A stretch of DNA of 64,000 nucleotides from Dicyema japonicum. Lineage: Eukaryota > Animalia > Dicyemida. The notes beneath the pieces are model-generated. The model had not been told where the DNA came from. It saw nothing but the letters and a program-made list of their open reading frames with translations, and ran no database searches. The DNA lies in contig RDEW01000040.1 of the NCBI GenBank assembly GCA_011109175.1, positions 310,001-374,000 on the forward strand, read 5' to 3'. Below are positions 1 through 13,600 of the stretch, one piece after another; within the stretch, counting starts at the first letter, position 1; every line of letters starts with the position of its first letter. The position numbers and the translations under genes are program-made.

Positions 1-400
1 TTCTTTTATGGAGGACATCAAGCGGAGGAGGCAGAAAGCGTTGCAAGCGCTCCTTTGTACACAGAGATGGCCGTTAGCATGGAGACTTTCCTATTTATCC
101 TTATGAGGATTATTCTACTGGAGTTACTATATGGCTGTGAAGCGTGGTACTTCACGCAGAGGGAAGGAATAATGTAACTTTTCGAAAGATCAAGGAGGTC
201 TGCAGTAAAGTTAGCTTTGGGCAGAAGACTCCGAGACGTCCTGAGTACAGAAGAAGACAGGATTCTTGTCTCAGTAAAGCACATCGTGGAGAAGAGGATT
301 CGAGGGATCCGAGGTTAATGATATTAAATGGAAAGGGGTACGTCGGCAGTGTCCAAGCCGCGTAGGCGAACTAGTTAAGAACCCCTAGACCTAACTCCTA
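1..400 (+). mobile_element. RTE-type LINE, decayed 3' fragment
   Basis: Frameshifted translation contains LLYGCEAW, the post-RT motif also seen in the RTE copies at 25.0, 26.1 and 32.8 kb. Confidence 0.6.
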
Positions 401-484
401 ATTCCTGTTTCTAATAAAGTTCTATGTTTTACTTTCTAACGAATTTGTCTCTGAAACTTTACAGTGTTCACTAAGGTTTTAAAC

Positions 485-545
485 CAGAGTTTCTCAACCT
501 TTTTTTGTATCGCCTCTATAAAAAAATTTCGCCCCCATAAGCTTT
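485..545 (+). mobile_element. hAT (Charlie-like) terminal sequence
   Basis: CAGAGTTTCTCAACCTTTTTT resembles hAT/Charlie termini. A related end lies on the minus strand at 43828-43882. Confidence 0.45.
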
Positions 546-759
546 AAATTTGGGATTCTTTTAGTAATTCTTGCAGAGGAGCGAGCAGCGAATCTGGTGC
601 GGTAACGAGTGTAGATCTCCAAAGACATGGAAAACTTTTTCGATATAAAGGACGACGTAAGCAATTTAACAAAAAAATATTTTTCTTAATTAAAAAATAT
701 GAAAACTTATAATTTATTCTTTATCTTTGTTAGACCAAATAGCTTAAATTAAAAGAAGA

Positions 760-985
760 CGCTCTCGGAGCCATCCAGTCTCACGTGGATCCTTGGTGAC
801 CCTTTGTATTATTGAGCCGATCCGACGGATTAGATCGTCCGCTCGTGGGCATGGATTCCTGACGTCTCAACAGCAAATGGGACAAAAGAGTGATCCTCCG
901 AAATGCTTCAGTACTTCCTTTTCTTCTGATCCTCAGCTTGCTTAGAAGTATGACCTGGGTCCGAGACTGAAGCGGCCAAAAGAAT
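760..985 (-). mobile_element. CRE-clade retrotransposon, RLE C-terminal relic
   Basis: Minus-strand translation AEDQKKRKY..FVPFAVETSG...DPRETGWLRERL. Confidence 0.75.
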
Positions 986-1404
986 ATATCAACGCACGTA
1001 GCGTCCCAAGCCAGGTTCCGACAGTTATCGTCAAAATATCTTTAAAATGTTAATTTCCTCACATATGCCTTTAAAATAGATTATTAGACAGCTAATTCAT
1101 CAAGTTGTACTGAAAACTTTGTTTTTCTAAGAGACTCAAGATCACTGCCTCCATATCTCAGCATTGTGTTGTTACTAAATGGAATAGTTTTAGTAATTTG
1201 GGAGATTCCCTTGCAGAATAAGCGAGATGTGTTCTATATTAACCGTGTTCGCGAGATGGCTTCATCACATTATTAGAAAAATACATACAACTCGGGTAAA
1301 TACAAGAGATTAAGTTAATAAAACCAACACATAAATAGTTTTCTTTATATTCTTTTATTTTTTCACAAGTCCAATAAAAAAGTTCCAATATTTTATTTAA
1401 ATTA

Positions 1405-2570
1405 CAGTAAACCCTCATTAATCTGAACTTCAATAATCCGAAAACTTCGATATTCTAAATTTTTTGATGAGTTAACAAAATTTTACAAAGTTTTCTTACA
1501 AATAGGCTTCAATAAACCGAAACTTCATAATCCGCAATCCGAAATAAAATTATTAAAAATTTCGTATTAATTTATTTTGTTTTTATAATACATTCAGATG
1601 AATTTATATTTAAATTTAAATCTAAGAGTACCAAATTGTTAGAAAAAAGTAATATTTGTGAAATAAAAATATCAAAAATGACTCTCAGAGAATTATCCCA
1701 TATCTGTGAATAAAAATGAACCTACACTCAGAAATTCTAAAAAACCGTGAAAGTTGGAAAACTGTGAAACTACGATTAACAAGACAGCCAAGTGGTAAAC
1801 GTCATCAACTTGATAATTCACTTGTTGAATGGATGAAATTAATGGTTTTATTACTGAAGATATCATTTCATAAGCTAAATTATTTGGCGTAAAGCTTGAA
1901 ATCATCGAATTTGAAGTTAGTAAAGGCTACACAGATTTTAATGAAGATTTAACCTTAAACTAAAAGTTCTTAATGGAGAACCTAACAGCTAGCACAATAT
2001 GAAATTAATTTGCATAGACGAATATTATTAGTTAAATGAAGTGACCCTTACGTAGTGCTAAAAATGGATGAAACTAGACTCTTTTTTCAATCTTACCCCT
2101 TTTAGAACGATTTCATCTAAAGATAGAAATGGCATAAAGTGAGGATTACTATACCTCTTTGAGCTAATAAAACTAGAAAAATAAAAATTAATCTTTTTTA
2201 TTGGCCTTTATAAAAGACCAAGATTTTTAAAAGATTTTGACTTTGAAAATTATTGTACTATGTAAATAAAAGGATTTGAATGACAACAGAATTTATTATG
2301 TTTTCATCAGTCAGTGATGAATTAAAATGTTACAGAAAAAAGTTCTTTTTACTGATTTATAATGCTCCACGTTTTAACGAAATTTTTTTGAAAATTGAAA
2401 TTTTATTCCTTCCAAAAAACACAACTGCACATCATCAACCATGGATGCAGGCATAATCATGAACTTTAAGCATTATTATAGAAAGGCTTATTTTGATTAT
2501 TTACCCATGAATTGGAAAGACAGCGAATATACTAATAGACATCGAATATTTATTTACCCCCATCCCTTCA
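1405..2570 (+). mobile_element. pogo/Tigger DNA transposon relic
   Basis: TA followed by CAGTAAACCCTC.. TIR at 1405; CENP-B-type HTH remnant near 1790-1930; DDE motif FLPKNTT..QPMDAGII.NFK near 2400-2480. Confidence 0.75.
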
Positions 2571-2579
2571 AGTAAAAGA

Positions 2580-2790
2580 AAGCGGTCGGGAGCAGAAAGT
2601 AACTGCCAAAAGCGAACGCTTCCAAAGTATGTGTGGTGTGACGGAGATATTCAAGGACGAGACAAGAGGTGGTCCTTAGTATGGATTTGAAGTAAATTGA
2701 TATTTTATCCACGGGAGGAACTCTGGTTGAGGCAGAGGCTCGAAATGGCGATTATCAAAGGTAACGCCTTGGCCATTCTTTCGTCCTAAT
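2580..2790 (+). mobile_element. CRE-clade 3' relic
   Basis: PREELWLRQRLEMAIIKGNALAILSS* matches the CRE C-terminus. Confidence 0.7.
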
Positions 2791-2921
2791 TATTGCTTAA
2801 TTTTCATTATTTTTTTTCATTATAATAAAAATATTATTAATTAAAGTATTCAGCGAATAAATTGACATTTTATTTGTTAAATTAATTATCGAAATATTTA
2901 AATAAAGTAGAGTACTGTGTG

Positions 2922-3315
2922 ATGGATGATTCTTCGGACACAGTCAATTACGGCGATTATTTTACGAAATTCGCTACAGAATCCACTAACTCCATTAAGG
3001 AGCAGTTCAATCTTGTCAGAACGACCCAAGAACATCTCGACTCGACGATAGACAGTCTTATCTCCCAAATTTGTGTAGCAGAAGCCAAGATTCCATCACT
3101 GATCAATGTTGAATCGTACGCCAAGCGACTTTCGGCTTGTAAACGCAGAATTTTGTCAGTGAATACTACTTTTAGGAATATTAATGTAATTCTGTCCCTT
3201 ATTTCAGAGTAGATTACGCCGAATGGAGTCGACTGTTTTAGAACGTGTCACTGCTAAGAGGCTTGAGGTGAATGAGATTGATGCTAAACTCACTTCGTTG
3301 GAAAATTTAAAATAA
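2922..3315 (+). CDS. SNAPIN: Snapin (BLOC-1 subunit 7), 2 exons
   Basis: Removing the 22-nt intron 3186-3207 gives ..TQEHLDSTIDSL..VESYAKRLSACKRRILSVNTTFRNINSRLRRM.., which aligns with Snapin SQVELREQIDNL..LDPYVKKLLNARRRVVLVNNILQNAQERLRRL. Confidence 0.85.
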
Positions 3316-4204
3316 ATTGTTATTTTTATTTTCGATAATTATGGATTCAGGGGCTGTGGATTGGTCTTCTTCATGGTCGCGACGAACTAATTGGTAGTTG
3401 TCCGGTTGAGGTTGAATCTGCTTGTTACAGTTATAATCAGATTTCTTCACGAGAATGTGACTCACGTGAAAATCATGGAAGTTTCCGCATTTGGAAGTCG
3501 CTTTTCTATTAACTACAAGTTTCCTATACTTGATTGGTAAGTAAGTTATTAGCGAATTTTCTGATCATCTGAAAGTTGAGATGGTTGATAGATTACAGAG
3601 GAGTTCTATCGCAAATCAGTTTTGGGCATCTACGCCTCTGGGATAGATCTGAGTTTTGGTTCACTTCATTTGATTAGCTTGGTGATATTATCAATAAAAT
3701 CTTTTCCACATCAGACTACCGAATACTCTAAGGACTTTTGGGGACGCTCGATGGCAGCTGACCTCCTATATGTTAGTGAGGACGGAGTAATTAATTAATT
3801 AAAGTTAAGACGTGGCTCTACTCCACCAAGTCTTAACCATTTCATAAAAGTTATAGCTCGTCACCCCCCATTCTTTTAATATTCGTGTTTAGGGTAGAAA
3901 ACAAATCTAGCGAAGTAATAAATACTAAAGAATATTTGCTGTTGTTCTGTTCCAGAGTTCTTGGGGAATTTCAGACATAGACGCGTCCGAATTTTCTGAC
4001 CCACGCATGATACTGGTTTAGCGGCGGTGGGGTAGGATTTGGTGCATGAAGTTGGTAAAAGCGCTGATTTATGACAGAAAAGCCAGTTAAATTACTAATT
4101 CAAAATAATATAATGCGCCAACTTTCAATATTAGCCTTTGTATTGACCAAAATCTGGTCAATTAATTTCGAGTGGTCTCTTATTTAAATAAAATTAAATA
4201 ACAA

Positions 4205-4400
4205 TTAACCGAGGGTCATACAGCCGCCGCCCTGACTGCTGGCTATTTTCGCCCAGGATAGGGATCAAGATTTATCATATAAACGGTAGCGCTCATGAAG
4301 ATCTTCTATTCGTGTATAAATTTGATTCCTCTATCGACTCATAAATTTCAGCGTCGTAGGCTCAGGGGAACCGACATTTCAACCGCGAACGTAACAAATA
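4205..4400 (-). mobile_element. CRE-clade 3' relic
   Basis: Ends ..AVRAAAV*, the same subfamily as 51895-52030 (..GNSHAVRAAAI*). Confidence 0.65.
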
Positions 4401-4879
4401 AAAAATCCTAACTGACGTATAATTATTGAACAAAATGTTTTTATCTTCTCAAAACAGAAAAGACTTTTCACTTATTTCTTGCAAATGGACAAAATAGTGG
4501 ACTCTGGAGACGAGGAAGTGTCGGATACATCATACTCTGGATCTGTTCCTAACACAAAATTTGGGCAAGTCTGCGAAAAAATAAGGAATTTATTAGTTAG
4601 TCTATATCACGATTTAATTGCTAAATGGGCTTAGGACTTACTCACAATAGGAACTTGAAAGTAGCTTAGGACCTGATCACGATAGGAATGTGATCTCTGT
4701 CAGAATAAAGAAGACAGTGTGGACATTAGCTAAAGGCGTTTCAAAAATCGAAACCCTCCTGTTTCACGATGAACAAGTTCAAGGTCTGTCACGGAAACAA
4801 AAGAATATGAGACTCAGGCATGAAAATATGAAGAGCCATGAAAGGAGATTGACAATGAAAGCTATAAGAACTACTTAAC

Positions 4880-5480
4880 GAGGTACAAAAAAATATAACA
4901 ATTCACAGGAAAAACCACTGTAAACACGAGAAACTGAACTTTGGTTCCAAAGTCATTCAACAATAATGACTCTGCAGTCTCCACTTTACAGGGAACTCGA
5001 GACTTCTTAATACACATATGATCCACAAAATACAAGAAGATGTAAAGAAACACAAAAGTCCTGAAAGTGATAGAATAAACGGAAAAGTGTCAAAATACGC
5101 CCAGAATTTAATGGCACAGTGTATTTGAAGTATACTGAATCAACTCGAAGACTATGGTTTTTACGGCGTCGAAAGGACCTTGCCTCGACACTTTCCCCCG
5201 GAGTTGTCGATAGGAAGGAATGGCTGCGAAAATAGGAATTCCACTATGTTCAGCTGTTGGCACAATCGTAAAATGGTCAGTCCTTCTCTGATATCCATCC
5301 CCCATCTATTTCCTATATTGAACGTTACTAAAAAAAACTGAACAGCTGGTTGAGGTCATACCAGAACGTTTTTAGAAGATCAGGATTCATGTTGGAGTAC
5401 CACAAGGTGATTCCCAATCTTTTTCGTTTCCTTGGAGGTTTCATTGCGTGATCTCGGATCACTGGGTCAAAGAGAAAAAA
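4880..5480 (+). mobile_element. RTE-type LINE RT relic
   Basis: KKHKSPESDRINGK (compare KNNRSPGIDGINGE at 24.1 kb) and GVPQGDSQS. Confidence 0.6.
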
Positions 5481-6304
5481 ATAAAACTAAGTGATCCCAG
5501 ACCGACAAGGAAGAGGACGACTCCGGTGGGGTCAAAAATCATGTACAGCTATTTTCATTGGGCATGGCATCGGCTCAAACTTTCTGCATGATTGTAGACA
5601 TTTTGATTGGTAGACAGATGCTTTCGAGAGTTTCTGTTGTAATTCGATTAAGAAAATTTAATGGGCTGACTTTGCGTTCTGGTCCCCTTTATTGCAGCCT
5701 CCTGGATTGTGGATAGTTTCAAGGACGAGGATCGTGAAATCTGCATTACCTACGATGGACTTGCATACGTCATCGTACTAGGTCAATCATAATTTAGTCC
5801 ATTTAGGGGAGCCTAGCTATTTTGCCTTCTGGGGGAACACATTCAACTCATTGACATCACATTTTTGTATCAATTCAACATCATGGAAGAATGCGAGGCA
5901 CAGGGCGAAAACGAATTTATCTTGGGGGACTTGAAGCCGCAAGATATACTGTGCAGTTAAAACCCGTTGGACACCCGAGGGGATTTTTTCTTATGGAAGC
6001 TTGGGAAATACCTTGCTTGGACGCCGAATTTGTCGATGGGTCCTCCCTCTCCAACTTCGCGCTAACAGCTATTCACCCAGAATCAGGCTCAGCGAGAGTC
6101 GAAAGTCTTGAAAATACGAGACCCATGGGGGACAGTTTATCTTCGATTTCATCACAGTCAAAACCTCGGGGATTCTAGCACTCAGATCGCTTTCCTTCAA
6201 CGCAAGAGGGAATGCGTTCTCAGCCGCTTAGTAATAATGACATTTTGTAGGCTTAATTTAGATTTAACAGCAAAAACTAGAACAGAACGTAAATATCTGT
6301 GGTG

Positions 6305-6570
6305 ACATGTTTGTTTCTTCTATTCACCCCTTCCTTTTTCGATTGGCGCCTTGTGATCCACCTGCTTTAGGTGGCGCCTAGTACCAGGTAGGCACGAAAA
6401 AAGGATCATTTGCTCTCCCTCGACTAAAGAAATTACCACAACTACAAGAAATGGACGTCTTGTTCCGGAAGGACTTGTGTGACGGTGGAAGTACTCTGTC
6501 TATGTAAGTGGGAACTGGATACATTAAATTAGCCGTTAACTTCTCTATCGGTGTATCCGGGGTTAATAAT
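6305..6570 (+). mobile_element. SINE-like family B copy
   Basis: Homologous to 9715-10040, 10395-10690, 20345-20500 and 63662-63965. Core GTGATCCACCTG..AAAAAGGATCATTTGCTCT; ends CGGTGTATCCGGGGTTAATAAT. Confidence 0.75.
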
Positions 6571-6680
6571 GTGAATATTTGTTAAAACTACAATTTTCAA
6601 CAAAAAATTAAATATACAATTTATTATTAAAACAAACAGCTCACAAATAAACTGAAGCACAGATAAAATCTAAGAGTGGT

Positions 6681-7759
6681 TCATACAAGGGTTTGTTTGT
6701 AGTAATCATTGTAGTGAGCAGGAAAAGACATTTGTGAGACCTTCCAATTCTCCAAGTCCCTGGAGCCAAGATCGGGAAAAATCATAGAAAACTTGTCGTA
6801 AGTAGCAGGAAGATTGACAAACATCGAGCACTGTCCGTCAATAAATCGAATGTTAAGATTATTAAACTGATAAGTCCGTTTGACTGCTTGATTGCGGAGT
6901 TTGTCGAGTCTATGATCGTAAAATGAAATTACGCTGGAAATTGGGGGGAGAATAAAAGAACGGCAAAATTTTTCATGAATCCGTGGTTAAACGGATTTTT
7001 CTGGGGTTCAAATCGACATTTTAGCTTAAATTCAGTAAAACCCAAACCTCCTCGTTGGTCGTATATCCCTCAAATGCGATATAGCAGTGGTACCCCATTA
7101 GAATTATCAACGGAAGGGCGAGTAACAGTGTGATTGCGAATAGAACACATCTGGAAATCAAAATATTGAAAACCCAGCAATTTTGTGGCTGGAAGAAACC
7201 GCGGTACGGAATCCGTAATAACCCGACATAATATTAACGATAAACGAGTGGACCAACGTGAGAATCAAAAAAACGAAAAAATGTCTATAATTCCTTCTTC
7301 CAATGCAGTTGCTCACCCAGGGACAGTGGTGGTCGAATCGCTTGAATAAGAAAACATTGTACATCGATGCACCGATTGCACGTGGAGCAGTGGATGGAAC
7401 GTGGAAGACGGAAAGCGTTGCAGGTGCAACACCACTTCAACATTAACGTCGTGTTTCCAATTACAGTACGATTCAAAATAGAAGCGGGGACTCCACGGGA
7501 GATATCTGAAATATTGTACGGTGAAAACCCTTTGGAATATATCCCGGTTCCAAAATTGTGACCAAAACAAAAAATCCTCCAACGTACAAAATCAACACGG
7601 AATGAAAAATTGAGAGTTCAAGGCCAAAATCCTGTGTAATCTGGGGACCTCTATAATGTTATTTGGCCATTACATGTAAATGAGGTACATTGTGGTGGGA
7701 ACTACGAACATTATCCAAGAAAATAGAGAATATAAATATTCCAGTTTAGAGAATGCCAT
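6681..7759 (-). CDS. DHHC palmitoyltransferase (ZDHHC, Erf2-like group), 7 exons
   Basis: Six GT-AG introns (23,23,22,23,23,23 nt) give one open frame containing [54 protein letters not shown] and NPFNHG. Confidence 0.93.
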
Positions 7760-8459
7760 TATTCAGCTAGTTATAACATATTTAAATTTATTACCGTTTC
7801 TATGTTAAATAATAATTTAATATTATTAAGTTTTTTAACATTAAATAATAAATTAATAAATTTAGTATTTTTACAAATCAGAAGGAAAATCGATTTTACT
7901 GCTCGCTGCTTGACAAATCGATTTTCATAAATGTCAATAATAGGCCATTATTTACTAAATTAACCATATACCACGTGTTTTTAATTTCATGCACATTTGA
8001 ATAAAAATATGTTAATGTAGTCAATTAGACATTTCAAAATGACTTTTTTGTCGTCATTTAATACTATTTCGTCGGAGCTCTAAAAACTTATTTGATTGTT
8101 TAAATGACTTTTTTCCCATGACCATGGATGGGATTCAAAAATGGATTCTGTGTTCATTCGACACTTCCTTCCTATGTCTCTCTAGTGCATCCTCCATCCT
8201 CACGAGAAGAGCAAAGACAAGGACCTTCATCCATCACGAAGCTGAGTAGAAATTTCGTGCAATAAAAGGGCGTCACCACTTCATCCTTCATTATATTCTG
8301 ATCCGACAGAGTCTATAAAAGTAGTGATTTTACAAAAATATGTCTGAGATGATCACAATTTGACTGAAAAGCCCATTCAGGCCGTTTAATCATCTCATTT
8401 GTATAAAATAATGTTAACGACCATTGAGAATTATTTTCCATTAAAATAAAGTGACATCA

Positions 8460-9600
8460 AACTCTTCTGCTGCATCTTGTGTCGGCGGATATTCTGAAAT
8501 ATCTACGGATAAGAAATTTCTTACAGGAAGGGCATTGTCTCCAGTATAGTTTGCTTATCATGGGGTTTCATAAGGTTCAGTGCTGAGTCCAGTTCTATTT
8601 AGTATTTTATGAGGACAAACTAAAGGAGAAGGATGATCTGGCGAAATGTACAGGACTACGATATTCCTAAAGTTATTTCTGTTAAAGTTAAAAAAGGATC
8701 AATGATAACAACCATATGAACGTACTATATTCCCACGTGGTTTCAACAGATCATCCTGGTCGAGGACCATCGACACTCATATCTTAGTTTTTCTAGTCAA
8801 CCAAGATGATTGACCTAAGGAAAAGGATATATCAATAAGTGCCTCCAATATCACAAACAAGTGACCCAGAACCAATGGAAAGGGAAGAAAACGTCCAATC
8901 CTTGTGGTTGTGTGAACCTCTTTCTCGTTAGATGTTTTCTATGGGTTCCCCGTTACCAGTTTTACCATATGGGACTAACAGAAAATATACCACGAGTTCT
9001 TATGGGATGTTGAAATTTTAAACAAAATTGTCATAAAATAAATATTTAAAAAAAATTGTGGGGAATGAAGGCATTTCCTGTACTTTCTTCCTACCTCCGT
9101 ACTCAACAATGACCTGGGAAAATAAAATGGTAACTCGAAGATATGGAAATTTAGTAAGAGTTCGGGACCTGAATAATGATGATCAGACCAAGTGACTTAG
9201 CTCTCCCAGTATATGGGGTTTGCCATCATGGGGTGGTTTTTAACGGTAGTACCACAGGGATCAATTTTGAGTCCTCTATTATTTAATTTTCTAATGGTCG
9301 GTTTCCACTCTCCGAGGTCACCAAGTCCGAGGTCTCTGATATACGCAGACGACGTGCTACTGTCTGATGTGTCGAGATCGAGTATGATCTCGGAGAGGAG
9401 AGTATATGGAAGAGATAAAAGACTGCTGTGGTCTCCAAGGATTAACTCCTTCTCGTGTGTATGAACGAAGCGACTGATTCAGGAGACACCGGATAACTAA
9501 AATCTGAACAAAGGAAGTGTCTGCACGTAGAATCCGAGTTCGTCCGATCTAAAATTGATAGAACCTGCAAAATCATTTGTCTCCACATGTAGGATGAGTG
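8460..9600 (+). mobile_element. Decayed L2/CR1/Jockey-like LINE RT fragments
   Basis: GVS*GSVLSPVLF at about 8560-8600; VPQGSILSPLLFN and YADDV in ORF 9213-9464. Confidence 0.7.
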
Positions 9601-9639
9601 TCAATATAATCATTTTTGTGTTGATAATTTGTTTGAATC

Positions 9640-9710
9640 TCGATTGAGCGAATCCTGCTGACTATTTGAGCGAATCTTACTCGCAATACTGAAAAAAATA
9701 CCCTCGCAGT
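9640..9710 (+). mobile_element. CRE-clade 3' tip
   Basis: C*LFERILLAIL, matching CWLFERISLAILRGN at 51.9 kb. Confidence 0.55.
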
Positions 9711-9714
9711 ATTA

Positions 9715-10040
9715 TTATTTATTAACCCAGGATACACCGAGAAAGAAGTTAAAGTAACCAACTAATTAAGTGCATCCAGTTTCCACTTCTACGGAAACAG
9801 AATCCATCCGGAATCAGCATAAATGGTAAGACGTCCATTACATGCAGTTGTGGAAACCCCTCCAGTGGAGTGGGGAAGAGCAAATGATCCTTTTTCATGC
9901 CGGTCTGGCACTGGGCGTCACCTAGACAGGTGGATCACATGACGCCATTCAATTAGGAAGAGAGAGGAGGAACAGACAAGCAAGCAGAAAATTTAAACCA
10001 ATTAACCACGCAGCACCACATGGCGCCACGCGGAAAAATA
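9715..10040 (-). mobile_element. SINE-like family B copy
   Basis: Near full-length reverse-strand homolog of 6305-6570 with a TAA-rich tail and a possible A-box-like GTGGCGCCATGTGG at its 5' end. Confidence 0.75.
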
Positions 10041-10394
10041 CCTTCGCAGTCACGACGGCTATATGACGAACTTAGGAGACATCGGAAATCCAAAGTTCCG
10101 AATAAAGGAAGTTTTGGATGCATTTTATTTTTCTTAATTTTTAAGAAATATGTTTATATTTAAGTTTAAAAATAATCTTTTCTTGTGTTGTTGTGTATGT
10201 ACGTTTCCTCTTCAATGAAATCCATCCGAAACCACAGGGAACCCTTCTAAGAAATGATTCAATCAAGTGAATGAGAGCTTTTTGATGCCATCCCCCTGAG
10301 ACCTCGTTCATGAAGGAATGAGGGGAAGAAACATATAGGACAGAACTTATCAACTAGTAGTCAGCGGGGGAATCAAACATCCTAACCGCTAGGC

Positions 10395-10690
10395 TCGTAT
10401 AAGAGGAGTTTTAATTAAATTATTAAAAGTGTATCCAGCTCCAAAAGTCACAGAAGTAGATATTTCCTTCAATATCACACACAAGCCCAATTTGAACCAA
10501 TGGAAGGCAAGTAAACGTTGAATCCTTGATGTTGTGGGAACCTCTTCAATGAGTTGGGGAGAGCAAATGATTTTTCTCGTAGCACCTTGGCACTGAGCGC
10601 CATCTGTGACATTTGGATCACATGACACCAATATAAGAGAAGGGAAGGGGAGCAATAGAAGAAAGCAAGAGAAATCTAAAATTGCTTTTT
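10395..10690 (-). mobile_element. SINE-like family B copy, diverged
   Basis: Shares GGGGAGAGCAAATGAT..GGCACTGAGCGCCA..GGATCACATGACACC with the other copies (+ strand reading). Confidence 0.65.
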
Positions 10691-10769
10691 GATGAAAAAG
10701 TTTCATTAACTCAATTCTTTTTGGATGAAAAATAAAACAATATATTACGCATGATTTATAGTAGAGTAG

Positions 10770-10975
10770 TTATGACAGGTCTCCATTATGGCCTGCAGGC
10801 AATTGATCACGCAGTGAGTTACTTCTTTTAATCGCGAGTCCAATGTTCTGGTAAAGTCATCGCATTCACCTTCCGCTCACAATCCTTTCCGATTAACCTC
10901 ATAACTTAGACGTGTCGGGCCAATAATGGAGATCGGCAGGAAAACGAACGTGTTCACGATGACGTGGAAATATTT
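10770..10975 (-). mobile_element. CRE-clade 3' relic (subfamily A)
   Basis: Shares the 3' end TGCAGGCCATAATGGAGACCTGTCATAAC with 27585-28130. Confidence 0.75.
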
Positions 10976-11079
10976 CCACTTTTTTTATTAATTAATATTA
11001 GATACCGAGGAAAGTTTAAAGTACTTTGTTTTAAATGAATTATTAATTTTTCTATAAGACGGATATACCTGGCAATTTC

Positions 11080-11810
11080 AAAACTCTGGCTGGTGATTTC
11101 CTCAGTGGACGAAGAGGACGAAGTTTGTTTGGTAAGCCTACGGTCGAGCTCCTGTTTATTCCAAATGGAATACCAAGGATCTCTGTCCCTATGATATTGT
11201 TATTGCATCCAGGGACCAAGACGTTCAGGTCGCCTTGAAGAGATTACAATTACTTGTTAATGAAACAGTCTGTCGATCAGCTCGGAAAAATCGGTTACAT
11301 TTCTCCTTACCTCTGATAGGAGAATATCCAACAGGATATAGAAGCAGATGGAAGCAAGTCGCCATTCCAAAAATGGTAGAAGATCCTGGAGTAGTATTCG
11401 ACACCCATATGACTTTCTCACGCCACTTGGGATATGTTTAAATAAATTTGAAAAGAAAATCAACCTCTTGAAGGGATCTCTGGTTTATAGAAGATCGGAA
11501 GTCATCCCGTTCTGAAATCACTATACAGCCAGTACGTCGAGCCATGCATATCATATACATGTGCATCATGGGGCCCCTCAATTTCTTGGACGAAGCCCAA
11601 AAAATTGCGGCAACCCAAAAAAGAGCGTTTTTCGTGATAGAAAACTGAATCAAAGGCAATCTAAATTCTACATCTACCCCTTGGAAGACCTAATGAGAAA
11701 AAAAGGAGGCCAAACTCAACGATACCAGAGGATCACTCGTCCACTGCGTGCTTGTGTGAGGGAAGACCACCGGGCCAAGTTGAGAGCCCTATTGAAATTC
11801 GCGTGGATCA
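11080..11810 (+). mobile_element. L2/CR1-like LINE, post-RT relic
   Basis: VEDPGVVFDTHMTFSRHL resembles V.DLGV..D..LTF..HI. Confidence 0.6.
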
Positions 11811-11953
11811 CATAATTTCTTGTTTTTGTCTTTAACTGTGGTCTTTAAATTTCAAAAAAAAATTGTGGTCTTTAAATTTCAAAAAAAAAAAATAAATTTC
11901 AATTAAATTTTATTAATGATTATTATTAAAATAATAACGCGTATTTTTTGTCG

Positions 11954-12667
11954 ATGTGTGACACTCATCCCTGTAATACACTTTACATAAGTAATCTTAA
12001 CGACAAAACCAAAAAACTCGGTAAATCATAATAATAACAATGGTAGAGCTCAAAGACCAGCTTTACTACGCATTTTCCCCTTTTGGGACTATCCTAGAGA
12101 TAGTTGCTTCCAAAACTATGAAAATGAGGGGGCAGGCGTTCATTGTATATAGAGAAATGAATTCCGCCGCGATAGCTCTCCGATCAATGAACGGATTCCG
12201 TTTTTACGGAAAATCAATGGTACTTTACTATAAATAATGTAGCGAATTGAGTACGCAAAGTCCGAGTCCAACATTATTCGAAGAATGAAGACAATTTACG
12301 CGGAGAGGGCTCGACAGGCTGAGGAATACTACGCCAACAAAGCCAAACGCGGAAAACTCGAGACTTCCGCGTATCCGGCGGCAAATAATGGCGTAGAAAC
12401 ACCCTCGGATGCCTCGAGTGTGTTGTTTGTTGAGAATATTCCTTCGGACGCAACGGAAGACAACCTGAACATGCTTTTTAAACGGTAGGGTGATTGGGAG
12501 ATTGTAGATTCACTGGATTTAAAGAACTGAGGTACTCCAGTGCTAGACCTGAGGTGTGTTTTGTGGAGTATCAGAGTGAGGGTTGCGCCAGTGCCGCGCT
12601 TCAGGCTCTCCAGAATTTTAAGTTGTCCCCGACTCATGCGATTGATATAACCTTCGCTAAAGTCTGA
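11954..12667 (+). CDS. snf: U1A/U2B''/SNF-family snRNP protein with two RRMs, 4 exons
   Basis: Introns 12021-12046 (26 nt), 12220-12242 (23) and 12485-12507 (23). The product has NTLYISNLNDK, ILEIVASKTMKMRGQAF and an RRM2 LFVENIP..MLFKRFTGFKELR..FVEY..ITFAK. U1A versus U2B'' orthology is not resolved. Confidence 0.92.
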
Positions 12668-12879
12668 TTGTTTGATTTAATAATTTTTTTCGTAATTTTT
12701 GAGTTTTGTTGGGTTGCCAAACCATGTGGTTAATCCTTGAGAATATATTTGTTAGTCGATATTGTAGTGTCTCACCACAACTCTCTTGTCGTTCGTCATT
12801 GTTGACGGCATGCATAAAAACCATTAGCCAAGAGGACGGGAGATGGCGACATAGTTTTTTCACATAAATGTCTTCATCT

Positions 12880-13600
12880 CTTCACTGTGGCTCTCATCGC
12901 CACTTTTTCCCATCTGAATGGGTGAATTGATGGACTCTTAAGACATCAACGAAGTTTAGGAAGTTTGGAGTACATTATGTTAGGGCTATAAAAATTTTGG
13001 GATTTTGGAGGAGGAAGAAATCCTTTTTAGTCCAAAAAATTAAATCTTCGATGTCTCACTATGGTCATTTTGTCTAACCAATTGCAAAGAAGACGGACGC
13101 TTCTTGCAGATATCTAGATATTTCGCGTATCAGGGTCCCGTCACTACTTCAATCACGTTGTTTATAATTTTAAAAGATTTCCTCACGGCGTTGAGCGAGA
13201 TAGTTCTTTGATAAGGACTCTGTGTAGCAGTGAGAGATACACGCAGTCATCCTCCCTGCAAATAAAGATGAGTAAACTCAACTGGATATTAATATTATTA
13301 GAAAAACACATGAAACACTGAGAAAGAATATTCAACAAATTAAGAGACTATGTTTTAAGACCAGTTAACCAAGTGGGTGATTGGTTTGATGTTTGAGGTG
13401 GTGACATTTTCTCTTAGCTCATGAAAGCCCGTGTCTTCCTCTTCGTGGTGAACGAGGTGATGGAGTCAAAAGACATTGGAAACCATAAGTTCTTAACAAG
13501 GGAAACGTTGGATGGGCAGGGACCGAATCTCGTTCAGCCCTAAAGTTGAAAGAACTTTTAGAGTCACGTGATCTCTGAACTTGGTTTCAAATGAGAAAGA
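12880..13600 (+). mobile_element. Decayed L2/CR1/Jockey-like LINE
   Basis: Carries the recurrent thumb-region motif (IGNHKFLTRETL..LVQP) also found at 9.5, 10.08, 14.5, 14.9 and 16.08 kb. Confidence 0.5.

Noticed and set aside
3340-3780. About 85-codon stop-free minus-strand frame convergent with Snapin
   Set aside because: No start, splice pattern or motif supports it.
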